DNA of 37,634 nt, taken from a virus (lineage: Duplodnaviria > Caudoviricetes). The notes beneath the pieces were generated by a model, which saw only the letters and a list, made by a program, of their open reading frames with translations, did not search any database and was not told where the DNA came from. The stretch is from positions 1 through 37,634 of the IMG/VR virus record IMGVR_UViG_3300027863_000091; one strand, given 5' to 3'. The translations under genes were made by a program, and so were the position numbers. Below, piece by piece: positions 1-7,935 of the stretch (position 1 is its first letter; each line of letters opens with the position of its first letter).

Positions 1-39
1 CGGCTGCGGCTACGGCTACGGCGACGGCGAGGGCTACGG
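1..39. repeat. Terminal overlap with 37596-37634 (38/39 identical)
   Basis: cggctgcggctacggctacggcgacggcga(g/t)ggctacgg occurs at both ends; the single mismatch is nt 31 versus 37626. Confidence 0.85.
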
Positions 40-70
40 CTACGGCGACGGCTATGGCTGCGGCTACTAA
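1..70 (+). CDS. 3' end of Gly-Tyr/Gly-Asp repeat protein (continues from 37396 across the contig junction)
   Basis: Frame from nt 2 reads GCGYGYGDGEGYGYGDGYGCGY-TAA (68-70), the same repeat and phase as the ORF running off the window end. Confidence 0.8.
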   Translation, partial: GCGYGYGDGEGYGYGDGYGCGY

Positions 71-76
71 TCACCA

Positions 77-246
77 GCGTCCCGCCGACCACTCGGCGCT
101 GTGGCGGGCGCGACCGGGACCAGCGTGTGCTGGACCGGCAAGTTGACGGCGCCGAAGTGGAAGGCTCCGCGGGCCGCGAGGCCCACGGTATCAGTCGAGG
201 AATCGCAGGTCGCCCCGCGCCGGAGTTGAGCGGCCGGCGCGGGGCC
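77..246 (+). ncRNA. Putative structured RNA or leader upstream of the recombination operon
   Basis: Stems CCCGCC/GGCGGG (81-108), CCAGC-GTGT-GCTGG, GGGCC-GCGA-GGCCC (171-184), GCGACC/GGTCGC (110-115/208-213) and 12-bp GCCCCGCGCCGG/CCGGCGCGGGGC (212-245). Confidence 0.4.
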
Positions 247-263
247 TTACCGAGGAGGTACAC

Positions 264-515
264 ATGCCGCTCCTGACGATCGAAACCGCACACCTGAGCT
301 ACGACGAGGCGACCGGGCTGGTGTCGATCCGGTGCCTCGACGACGAGATTCCACTGGGGCTGCTCGAGTCGGCCGACGACGAGTGCCCGTCGGCGCTGGC
401 GGCCGAGCTGGAGCAGATCCGCACCGAGATCCGCGAGAGCCGGGATTACGCCAGCGGGTGCCTGGCGACGGCCCGCGCGGCGGACCGCATGAGGAATTCA
501 CCAGGGGGGTGGTAA
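264..515 (+). CDS. Hypothetical protein, 83 aa
   Basis: GAGGAGG RBS; TAATG coupling to the next gene. Confidence 0.7.
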   Translation: MPLLTIETAHLSYDEATGLVSIRCLDDEIPLGLLESADDECPSALAAELEQIRTEIRESRDYASGCLATARAADRMRNSPGGW

Positions 516-1501
516 TGAGTACCGGACTCGCGCCGGGCCGGCCGCAACAGGCGCCGATGCCCGAGATCATGGAGAGGGTCATCGCGATGGGCGACCTATC
601 GCGGCTCTCGGCTGAGGACAGGATCGCGTACTACGCGGCCCGCTGTGAGGCTGCGGGGCTCGACCCGCGCACCCAACCTTTCCAGTATCTTGCGCTCCAG
701 GGCAAGCTCGTCCTGTACGCGACCAAGACCGCGACCGACCAGTTGATCGCGGCGCATCGGCTCACCGTGCAGGTCCTGGAGCGACGGCATGACCGGGATC
801 TCGGGATCTTCGAGGCGCACTGCCGCGTGAGCTTCCCGGACGGTCACCATGTCGAGGACTTCGCCGCGCTATCGGTCGGAGGACTCAAGGGCGACGCACT
901 CTGCAACGCGCTGATGAAGTGCGTCACAAAGGCCAAACGCCGGACGGTGCTATCCGCCTGCGGGTTGGGCATGCTCGACGAGACTGAGGTCGAGACGATC
1001 CCCGGTGCGGCAATCGTGCAGCCCGGAGCCAGGCCCGACAATCAGAGCGGCCACGGCAAGGGGATGTACGCGTCGCTCGAGCAGACCGAGGCGTGGCTCA
1101 AGCGGCTGTCAGACTACGTCTCGACCCGCAATCAGCGGTGGCTCGACAGGTGGACCGACGACGTGACCGGGGAGATCCCCGGCCACCTTAAGGATCTCTG
1201 CAACGTCTGGCAGGCCGACAACCACCTGCTCAAATGGGCCAAGGAGACGGGCCGGCTCGACCCCGCCAGCGGCACAGAGAACGGCCAGCAGCACCGGCAG
1301 ATCGGCCGGTTCACGGCGGTCGTCGTGAATAGGTCCAAGGCCGACGAGAAGGCGACGTGCAAGGAGCTGGAGCGCTACCTCGACGAGCAGGAGAGGCGGC
1401 AGGCCGAGCGGCTGCGCTCGCTTCACCCTGAGCTGTACGGCGGCCTCGACGAGGCCCAGGCGGCGGCGGACGATGACACCCCCACACCGGAGGCACCATG
1501 A
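515..1501 (+). CDS. RecT/Bet-like single-strand annealing protein
   Basis: GDLSRLSAEDRIAYY..C...GLDP..QPFQY...GKLVLYA and NALMKCVTKAKRR motifs typical of phage SSAPs; start set at the coupled ATG 515. Confidence 0.7.
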   Translation: MSTGLAPGRPQQAPMPEIMERVIAMGDLSRLSAEDRIAYYAARCEAAGLDPRTQPFQYLALQGKLVLYATKTATDQLIAAHRLTVQVLERRHDRDLGIFEAHCRVSFPDGHHVEDFAALSVGGLKGDALCNALMKCVTKAKRRTVLSACGLGMLDETEVETIPGAAIVQPGARPDNQSGHGKGMYASLEQTEAWLKRLSDYVSTRNQRWLDRWTDDVTGEIPGHLKDLCNVWQADNHLLKWAKETGRLDPASGTENGQQHRQIGRFTAVVVNRSKADEKATCKELERYLDEQERRQAERLRSLHPELYGGLDEAQAAADDDTPTPEAP

Positions 1502-1821
1502 GCACGAAGGCGATCGAGTGGGGGCGCAGGGCGGCGACGCGCGTCGCCGGCGACCCCCTCACGGCGAAGCAGCGGGCGATCCTGGAGTTTGTCCGCGCGA
1601 AGTACCTCGAGCGCGGAGTGCCCCCGTCGCTCCGCGAGGTCCGGGACTTTACCGGGTTGAGCAGCACGAGCGCAGTAATGGTTCACTTCGAGCCGCTGAT
1701 GCGCAAGGGCTTCCTGCGGCAGGTCGGCGCGGGCGTAAGCCGGGGATACCTGCCCGTCACTTCGCCCGGCTCCTGCCCCTGCTGCGGCCGCCCGCAGCTG
1801 GAGGGAGGGGGTGAACCGTGA
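1498..1821 (+). CDS. LexA-type DNA-binding domain protein lacking the peptidase domain, with C-terminal CPCCG
   Basis: LTAKQRAILEFV...GVPPSLREVRDFTGLSSTSAVMVHFEPLMRKGFL matches the LexA N-terminal winged helix. Confidence 0.8.
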   Translation: MSTKAIEWGRRAATRVAGDPLTAKQRAILEFVRAKYLERGVPPSLREVRDFTGLSSTSAVMVHFEPLMRKGFLRQVGAGVSRGYLPVTSPGSCPCCGRPQLEGGGEP

Positions 1822-2356
1822 TCGTCGCCCTCACCGCCACAGCCGCCGTAACCGCGTATATCCGAAAGTACAAGTTCATAGGACTATACCCTGACCCATC
1901 GACCGGAGGGCCTCTGGTGCCTCCTCCCATCGCGATCCGCTACATGCAGGACCACGACCTCCGCGCTGTGACTGAGATCGACAACCTCGCATCTGATGGC
2001 CCGTGGCCGCTCAGGCTCTACTAGGCCGAGCGGCGCAAGCAGAACACGATCGGACTGGTCGCTGAGATCAAGGGCTGCATCGTCGGTTTCGCGCTTTACT
2101 CGTTCGAGCCGCGACACATCGACCTGACGAAGCTCTGTGTCAGCATCTACGCCCAGCGCCGCGGCGTCGGCAGGGTGTGGGCGTCGTGCTGGACGAGCGC
2201 AACCTCGGCGCCCAGCTCTTTCTGCGGGCCCGCGGCTTCCGCGCTGTTGGCCTGATGCCGGGGTTCTACGAGGACCACGACGGGATCGCGTTTACCTGCG
2301 AGGTGCCGCAGCCGTCGGGGATGATCGCGACGGCGAGTACGAGGAGGACCCGGTGA
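1818..2356 (+). pseudogene. Disrupted RimI-like GNAT N-acetyltransferase
   Basis: Reads IRYMQDHDLRAVTEID..GPW, then in-frame TAG (2022-2024), then NTIGLVAEIKGCIVGFALY..QRRGVGR (acetyl-CoA motif), then a frameshift/deletion near 2175, then ERNLGAQLFLRARGFRAVGLMPGFYED. Confidence 0.75.
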
Positions 2357-2931
2357 TCCCCAAGAAGCCTTACAAAATGCGCCGCCGCCCCGCACCGCTG
2401 ACCACCGCACAGCAGGCCCTCGCATCGGAGGCGTGGGGATATGTCGCTGACCTCGCGGCGCGGGCCGAGCGCCGGTGCCCGGCGACCTGTGCATCGGCCG
2501 AGGTCGCGTGCCGGATCGTGCGCACGATCGGGACGTACGACCCGTCGAGGTCGTCGCTCAAGAGCTGGGCGTTCCGGCAGGCCCGTGGCGCGATCCTCGA
2601 CGCGCAGCGGTCGAGCTTCCCAGCAGGCGCACGGCGGCACACCAAGGCGCCGCCAACTCAGCGCCTCGATATCTGCGGCGAGGACGACCACCCCGTCGCA
2701 CCAGACGACCGGGAGGCCGTTGACGAAGAGGACGCGATACGACACCTGCTGCGGGGTCTGTTGCCCCGCGAGCGCGAGATCGTGCGGGCCACGGTGATCG
2801 ATGGCGAGCCGCTGTCGGTGGTGGCCGATCGCCTGGGCTGCACGGACTCGCAGGTGTGCCGGTTGCGCGCCGGCGCGCTCGAGCGGCTGGGGTATGCCGC
2901 ATCGAACTTTAACCACATGAGGACCCAATGA
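2353..2931 (+). CDS. Sigma-70 family RNA polymerase sigma factor (FliA/ECF-like)
   Basis: GAGGAGG RBS and GTG start; region-2-like YDPSRSSLKSWAFRQARGAILDAQR and region-4 LLPREREIV...LSVVADRLGCTDSQVCRLRAGALERL. Confidence 0.8.
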   Translation: MIPKKPYKMRRRPAPLTTAQQALASEAWGYVADLAARAERRCPATCASAEVACRIVRTIGTYDPSRSSLKSWAFRQARGAILDAQRSSFPAGARRHTKAPPTQRLDICGEDDHPVAPDDREAVDEEDAIRHLLRGLLPREREIVRATVIDGEPLSVVADRLGCTDSQVCRLRAGALERLGYAASNFNHMRTQ

Positions 2932-3788
2932 GTGCGACTGCAGAGTTCTCGAAGAAGCCGTGGGATGACCCGACGGAACGGGCCGAGGTTTATACTTTCA
3001 CTCCAGAGGAAGCGCGGTGGCTGCTCAGGGAGCGGAACCCAGCCAATCGCCCCTGCAATCCCGGCCAGGTCAAGATGCTCGCCTCCGAGCTGGAAGGGGG
3101 GTACTGGCGGCGCAACGGTGAGACGATCATCTTTGACAGGGAGGGCCGCCTCATGAACGGTCAGCACCGCCTCACCGCCTGCGTTAGTTCTGGCGTAATG
3201 CTGGAGAGCTGGTGCGTCTTCGGCGTCGAGCCCGATGTCTTCGACACGCTCGACCGCACCAGGCGGCGCAGTACATCCGACGACCTCGCAATCCGGGGGG
3301 AGCGGCATTACACGACCCTCGCGGCAACCCTCGTCCTGATCGACCTGGAAGAGCGCGGCAAGTTGGACCAGATGTGGAGCGGCTCGAATCAGCACGTCGC
3401 GGCAGAGCTGCTGGCTCGTCACCCGCGCGTGCGCGGGGCTGTCGCCTACGTCTGCGCCCGAGCGTCCCTTAGGCGGCTGATGCCGGGGCGCGTGGCGTCG
3501 TTTTGCTTATACCGCTTCTCCGAGATCGACCACCACATGGGCTACGAGTTCTTCGAGCGTCTTGCGACAGGGGAGATGCTTGAAGAGGGCAACCCGATCC
3601 TTTTGTTGCGGAATCGGCTGCTCGAAAACCACGAGCACGGCACCATCTCCAGGATGCAGACGACCTACATCCTCGCGATCACCGTCAAGGCCTGGAACGC
3701 CTGGCGGGAGGGCCGGAAGCTGAAGTTCCTCCGATACAGGGGCGACCAGTCCGACGCGAAGCCGGAGAGCTTCCCGGTCCCCCATTGA
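2928..3788 (+). CDS. ParB/Srx-like N-terminal domain protein
   Basis: NR...GYWRRNGETIIFDREGRLMNGQHRLTA, a DGQHR-type motif of phage ParB-like proteins. Confidence 0.7.
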   Translation: MSATAEFSKKPWDDPTERAEVYTFTPEEARWLLRERNPANRPCNPGQVKMLASELEGGYWRRNGETIIFDREGRLMNGQHRLTACVSSGVMLESWCVFGVEPDVFDTLDRTRRRSTSDDLAIRGERHYTTLAATLVLIDLEERGKLDQMWSGSNQHVAAELLARHPRVRGAVAYVCARASLRRLMPGRVASFCLYRFSEIDHHMGYEFFERLATGEMLEEGNPILLLRNRLLENHEHGTISRMQTTYILAITVKAWNAWREGRKLKFLRYRGDQSDAKPESFPVPH

Positions 3789-3955
3789 CCCACGACGGAC
3801 CCCGCATGCCGGTGCGGGTTGCCCCTCGGATGGGGCGGTTATTTCTGGTCGGTGAATCCGAGGTGCTCAGCGATGATCCAGCGAGCCAGGGCGGCCGACG
3901 AGGACGCCAGCGACGACGAGTGAGCCACGACAAACCCCTAATCACAAGAGAACAT

Positions 3956-4438
3956 ATGAGCCATTTCCCGAACATGTTCAAGTCGCCCGCGAAGGGCTTC
4001 GAGACGTTCCTGGTACATGTGAGCGAATGCAGCCCTGAGACGGTCGTCTACAGGCTGGACGAGAGCGGCAAACCGCTCTCACTCGCCTGCGGGCCAGTAA
4101 AGGAGGTCATCGGCGAAGCGCTCAAAGCGGTGAACCCGCTCTTGCGCGTCGTGGATTATGGGCCAAATCGCCCGTTCAAGCCAGGCATGCCGTACTACTG
4201 GGACTTCTGTCAACTCAGGGAGAACAGGTGGAGAGCTCTCGTGCGAGTCCTCAACGGTCGCGGCATCCTGGCTGGCCGGTATCGCGAGCGACTTTCGGTC
4301 CTCGGTGGCCACGGCTTTGTCACCGAAATTGTATGCGGAGTCCGGGGATACCGGCTCACGCAGGCCGGCATCGAGGCCGACGCAGCGGCCGACGCAGCGG
4401 CCGACGCAGCGGTGGCGGCCGCAAAGCAGACGCCCTGA
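3956..4438 (+). CDS. Hypothetical protein, possible C-terminal winged helix
   Basis: ATG 3956 after an A-rich leader is preferred over 3785; GYRLTQAG wing-like motif; 12-nt tandem repeat x3 near 4376-4411. Confidence 0.55.
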   Translation: MSHFPNMFKSPAKGFETFLVHVSECSPETVVYRLDESGKPLSLACGPVKEVIGEALKAVNPLLRVVDYGPNRPFKPGMPYYWDFCQLRENRWRALVRVLNGRGILAGRYRERLSVLGGHGFVTEIVCGVRGYRLTQAGIEADAAADAAADAAVAAAKQTP

Positions 4439-4452
4439 CCGGACCGTGACGG

Positions 4453-4489
4453 GCTTCAATGGGGCCGCTCCGGTGAAGGAGCGGAAGAC
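4453..4489 (-). CRISPR. Solitary CRISPR repeat unit (type I-G/I-U-like), no array
   Basis: Minus strand reads GTCTTCCGCTCCTTCACCGGAGCGGCCCCATTGAAGC: 37 nt, 7-bp stem CCGCTCC/GGAGCGG, 3' ATTGAAGC handle; intergenic; no second copy found. Confidence 0.75.
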
Positions 4490-4525
4490 AACGCGGTAAC
4501 GACCGTGAGACTTGGGACCAACCCG

Positions 4526-5305
4526 ATGAAGTGGCTGAAGATGTGGACCGAAGCTCGCAACGACGGGAAGCTACGGTGCCTCAGCGATCGCCAGCATCGA
4601 GTGTGGTTCCGACTGTTGTGTTTCGCGGCCGAACAGGACCCGCCGGGGACGGTCCGCGCATCCTGGAAGATCCTCGCGGCCGAGTGCGCGGACGGCCAAA
4701 CCGAGACCGTCCAGGACGCTGTAACGGAGATGGAGTCGTTACAACTCGTTTCACTCGTTACATGCAACGACAAAGAGGTCGAGATCGTGTTTCCCTCCTT
4801 CGCCCGGAGGCAGGTGAAGTACCCTTCGGAGGACCCAAAGCGGGTCAACGCCCGCGTCCGAAAGCACCGTGGGGAAAGGAGGTTGCGTCAATCCGGTGCC
4901 GATGAAACGACATGTAACGAGTTGAAACGAGCGGAAACGGCTCAGAAGAAGAGTATAAATACCCCCCTTAATCCCCCCACGGGGGGCCGTTCGATCCGGT
5001 CCTTCGTCCCCCCGGATTGGGTACCCCGCGACGCTTGGGACGCCTGGGTCGAGCACCGCTCCAAGGGCCGCGCGAAGCCGACCCTCCGAGCGCTCGAACT
5101 CGCGGTGGGGAGGCTGGCGACCCTCCGCGACGAGGGCAGCGATCCCGGTGCGGTGCTGACGCAGTCGGTCGTCAACGGCTGGTCCGGGCTGTTCGCGGTC
5201 AAGGATGTCGGCGGCCGACCTCCAGCGCCTGCCCTCAAGCCTCCCGAAAAAATCGAATACTACGACCACGCGAAAGAACTTGAACGCATGAGGAACAGCC
5301 AATGA
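4526..5305 (+). CDS. Phage replication initiator / replisome organizer
   Basis: WLKMWTEARNDGKLRCLS...VWFRLLCFA N-terminus; PDWVP..AWDAWVEHR...QSVVNGWSGLF C-terminus; directly upstream of dnaB. Confidence 0.75.
   Translation: MKWLKMWTEARNDGKLRCLSDRQHRVWFRLLCFAAEQDPPGTVRASWKILAAECADGQTETVQDAVTEMESLQLVSLVTCNDKEVEIVFPSFARRQVKYPSEDPKRVNARVRKHRGERRLRQSGADETTCNELKRAETAQKKSINTPLNPPTGGRSIRSFVPPDWVPRDAWDAWVEHRSKGRAKPTLRALELAVGRLATLRDEGSDPGAVLTQSVVNGWSGLFAVKDVGGRPPAPALKPPEKIEYYDHAKELERMRNSQ
4736..4960. other. Putative replication origin (iterons) inside the initiator gene
   Basis: TGWAACGA at 4903, 4913 and 4923 (10-nt period) plus a variant at 4933; inverted TCGTTWCA at 4736, 4746 and 4755; AT-rich tract near 4944-4960. 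Confidence 0.6.
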
Positions 5306-6678
5306 ACGCCAATCGCCACGCGATCACCGACGGCGCCTCGAGCCTGCCCGAGCGCCTGCCGCCCCAGAACCTCGAGGCCGAGCGGGCGATGCTCGGCTGC
5401 TGCCTGCTTGACCCACGCAAGCTCGACGAAGCGGTGGAAGTGGTGCAGGCGGCCGACCTGTACCTCGACCAGCACCGCACAGTCTGGGATGCGATGGTCG
5501 CGATCCGGGAGCGGGGCGGCCGGCTCGACGCGATCACGCTTGCCGACGAGTTGATACGTCTCGGTCAGTTCGACCAAATCGGCGGCGACGAGACCCTGAC
5601 TGAGCTGGTGGACTCGGTTCGCCACGCCGCGAATGCCGCGTACTACGCCGGGATCGTCCGCGAGAAGTCGGTCGCGCGGCAGGTCCTGGAAGCCGGCGAG
5701 GAGATGCTGCGGGATGTCTACAGCTACCAGCACACCGCCAGCGAGCTGGTCTGCCGGGCCGAGGAGCGGATCTTCGCCGTGGGCGAGGCCGACGCCGGTC
5801 AGGCGTGGCCGATGGACGTGCTGACTGACGAGACGATGGCTCGCCTCGAGCTGCGGCGCGAGGGCGGCTCCCCGGGGCTCGCCAGCGGCTTCGGCGACCT
5901 CGACGGGATGACGGGGGGCTTCCAGGCCGGGACCGTCACGGTGCTGGCAGCGAGGCCGAGCCAGGGCAAGACGGCGCTGGCCCTGGCGATCGCCCGGCAC
6001 GTCGGATCGTCCGAGCCGGTGCTGTTCGTCTCGCTCGAGATGTCCCGTCACGAGATCGGTGACCGGCTGCTGTCGATGGTCTCGGGTGTGCCCGGTGCGA
6101 TGGTCCGCGAGGCCCGGATGCTCTCTGATCGCAGCCTCGGCCGGCTGCACGACGCGGCCGCCGAGCTGACCCGGCTCCAGGTGAAGCTCGACGACTCGCC
6201 GAATCGGACGGTCAGCCAGATCGCGGCCCTCGCCCGTCGCACTAAGCGACGCAGCGGCCTGGGGCTGGTCGTGGTCGATTACCTCGGTCTGATCGATGGG
6301 GTGCGGCGGAAGGGTGAGAGCCGGCAAGAGGAAGTGGCCCGGATTTCGCGCGGCCTCAAGGTGGCGGCCAAGCTGACCGGTGTGCCGTGGCTGGTGCTCG
6401 CCCAACTCAACCGCCAGAGCGAGCACCGCGAACGCAGGCGCCCCGAGCTGTCCGACCTCCGCGAGTCCGGCCAGATCGAAGCCGATGCCGACCTGGTGCT
6501 AATGCTCCATCGGCCCGAGTTCTACGACGCGAACGACCAGCCGGGCATCGCGGAGTTGTTGGTGCGCAAGAACCGCAACGGGGCGACCGGCGTCGTGCGG
6601 CTGGTGTTCCGCAAGGAGTGCACATCGTTTGATGGGACGGCGGCGTACGTCGAGCCAGCCGACTCGCCGGCGTTCTGA
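5302..6678 (+). CDS. dnaB: Replicative DNA helicase
   Basis: PPQNLEAERAMLG N-terminus; Walker A AARPSQGKT; VVDYLGL; AQLNR; SDLRESGQIEADAD. Confidence 0.95.
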   Translation: MNANRHAITDGASSLPERLPPQNLEAERAMLGCCLLDPRKLDEAVEVVQAADLYLDQHRTVWDAMVAIRERGGRLDAITLADELIRLGQFDQIGGDETLTELVDSVRHAANAAYYAGIVREKSVARQVLEAGEEMLRDVYSYQHTASELVCRAEERIFAVGEADAGQAWPMDVLTDETMARLELRREGGSPGLASGFGDLDGMTGGFQAGTVTVLAARPSQGKTALALAIARHVGSSEPVLFVSLEMSRHEIGDRLLSMVSGVPGAMVREARMLSDRSLGRLHDAAAELTRLQVKLDDSPNRTVSQIAALARRTKRRSGLGLVVVDYLGLIDGVRRKGESRQEEVARISRGLKVAAKLTGVPWLVLAQLNRQSEHRERRRPELSDLRESGQIEADADLVLMLHRPEFYDANDQPGIAELLVRKNRNGATGVVRLVFRKECTSFDGTAAYVEPADSPAF

Positions 6679-6691
6679 GGGGGGTGCGATA

Positions 6692-6871
6692 ATGCTGGTC
6701 CCGTGTGACGACTGCGACGGCGGCGGCAACGACTGCGAAATGTGTGACGACGCCGGGCTGATCTGCGATGACTGCGGGCTGTCGTCAGTCAGATGCTTAT
6801 GTGGGGAGGTGTACGACGAGGACGACGACGACTTCGACGAGGACGAGGACTTCGACGAGGACGACGACTGA
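6692..6871 (+). CDS. Small Cys-rich protein with a highly acidic tail (59 aa)
   Basis: CDDCDGGG..CEMC...CDDC...CLC followed by DEDDDDFDEDEDFDEDDD; G-rich RBS. Confidence 0.6.
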   Translation: MLVPCDDCDGGGNDCEMCDDAGLICDDCGLSSVRCLCGEVYDEDDDDFDEDEDFDEDDD

Positions 6872-6936
6872 CTCGGGTTCGCTCAGGAGTGCGAGGGAAT
6901 TTGCGATGTTTAGTGTAATCACATGTGAGGGCGGCG

Positions 6937-7515
6937 ATGCGAATCAGGCAAAAGCGTATGAGCGACGACGAGCTTCGCGAGGCGGTCAAGGCGGTCTTCG
7001 CGGCCAAGCTCCGCGAGGGGCTGCCCCGGCCCCCGTGGCACGTGCTGGGCTATAGGCTGCACGTCGGAAAGCACAGGGTGCGCAGGATCGCTGAGGCGAT
7101 GATCGAGGCCGGCGAGATTGCCGACCCTGGCAAGCGGACTCGCGGGCACGTCATGACGGAGGCCCAGATCGAGGCCGCGATTAAAGCGCTCTATCGCGAG
7201 CACGCCGAGGCAGGTCTGCCCAGGCCGACCCGCGAGCAGGCGTGCGCGACGGTAACGGGCGCCAGGGATCGCACCTGCCGGATTATCCGGAGGCTGGAGG
7301 AGACGGGCCAGCTGGCAGCGCTGTCGGGGCCTGGCTCGCGCCCCGGCGGCCGCGCGAAGCTCGGGCCGCGCAGGCGGAAGTTGACGCCGCTCGAACTGCT
7401 GGCCCAGCAGCAGGAGCGGCTGGGGCGCATTGAGCCGACGGCATATGACCGGTTGCGGCGCGAGCACTTCGGCCGCGAGCTGCGGATCGGACTGTTGAGG
7501 AGGGTCGCACAGTGA
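6937..7515 (+). CDS. Hypothetical DNA-binding protein with two similar helical units
   Basis: MSDDELREAVKA..EGLPRPP...IEAGEI resembles MTEAQIEAAIKA..AGLPRPT...EETGQL. Confidence 0.55.
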   Translation: MRIRQKRMSDDELREAVKAVFAAKLREGLPRPPWHVLGYRLHVGKHRVRRIAEAMIEAGEIADPGKRTRGHVMTEAQIEAAIKALYREHAEAGLPRPTREQACATVTGARDRTCRIIRRLEETGQLAALSGPGSRPGGRAKLGPRRRKLTPLELLAQQQERLGRIEPTAYDRLRREHFGRELRIGLLRRVAQ

Positions 7516-7934
7516 GCACATCACGCAGCGCGTGGCAGCGGGCGGAATCAGGTCTCGCGGCGCTCTTCGGGGCACGCCGGCGCGTGCTGAGCGGATCAGC
7601 CAACCGCGACGACATCGACTCCGATGACGGGACGCATCCACGTTTGTACCTAGAATCAAAGCTCCGTGCGGCGCACGCTGTCTGGTCGCTGTACCGCGCG
7701 ACCAAGGCGCGGGCGGCGAAGTCGCGGCGCGAGTACCAGGGCGGACACAAGGTGCCCGTGCTTGGCCTGCGCGAGAAGGGTAAGCACGGCGTGCTGCTGG
7801 TGGTGCACGAGGATGATTTCGCCGAGGTCGCGGCCGAATTCCTCGCGGCACGGACGGACGACGAGGTGCGCGAGTTCGAACAAGCCGTGCGAGTGCGGCG
7901 GCTGGGGCTCTTGGGCGATCAACAGGAGGTGTGA
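7512..7934 (+). CDS. Holliday junction resolvase-like PD-(D/E)xK nuclease
   Basis: WQRAE..LA..FG.RRRVLSGS...D......YLESK pattern, located after the replication genes. Confidence 0.65.
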   Translation: MSTSRSAWQRAESGLAALFGARRRVLSGSANRDDIDSDDGTHPRLYLESKLRAAHAVWSLYRATKARAAKSRREYQGGHKVPVLGLREKGKHGVLLVVHEDDFAEVAAEFLAARTDDEVREFEQAVRVRRLGLLGDQQEV

Positions 7935-7935
7935 C

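Noticed and set aside
332-514. N-terminal extension of the SSAP ORF from 332
   Set aside because: It overlaps the RBS-supported gene 264-515; the TAATG-coupled start at 515 is more plausible.
2022-2024. In-frame TAG as evidence of stop-codon reassignment
   Set aside because: It is a single case in a gene that also has a frameshift. Other genes read normally with the standard code, TAG ends the ORF at 9820, and no suppressor tRNA is visible.
4380-4560. CRISPR array or cas locus
   Set aside because: Only one repeat unit was found. Other TTCAAT/ATTGAA occurrences lack the stem and handle, and no cas genes are recognisable.
5260-6426. 388-aa antisense ORF over dnaB (likewise 25245-26816 over the tape measure gene)
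   Set aside because: Antisense shadows of real genes caused by codon bias, with no RBS or motifs.
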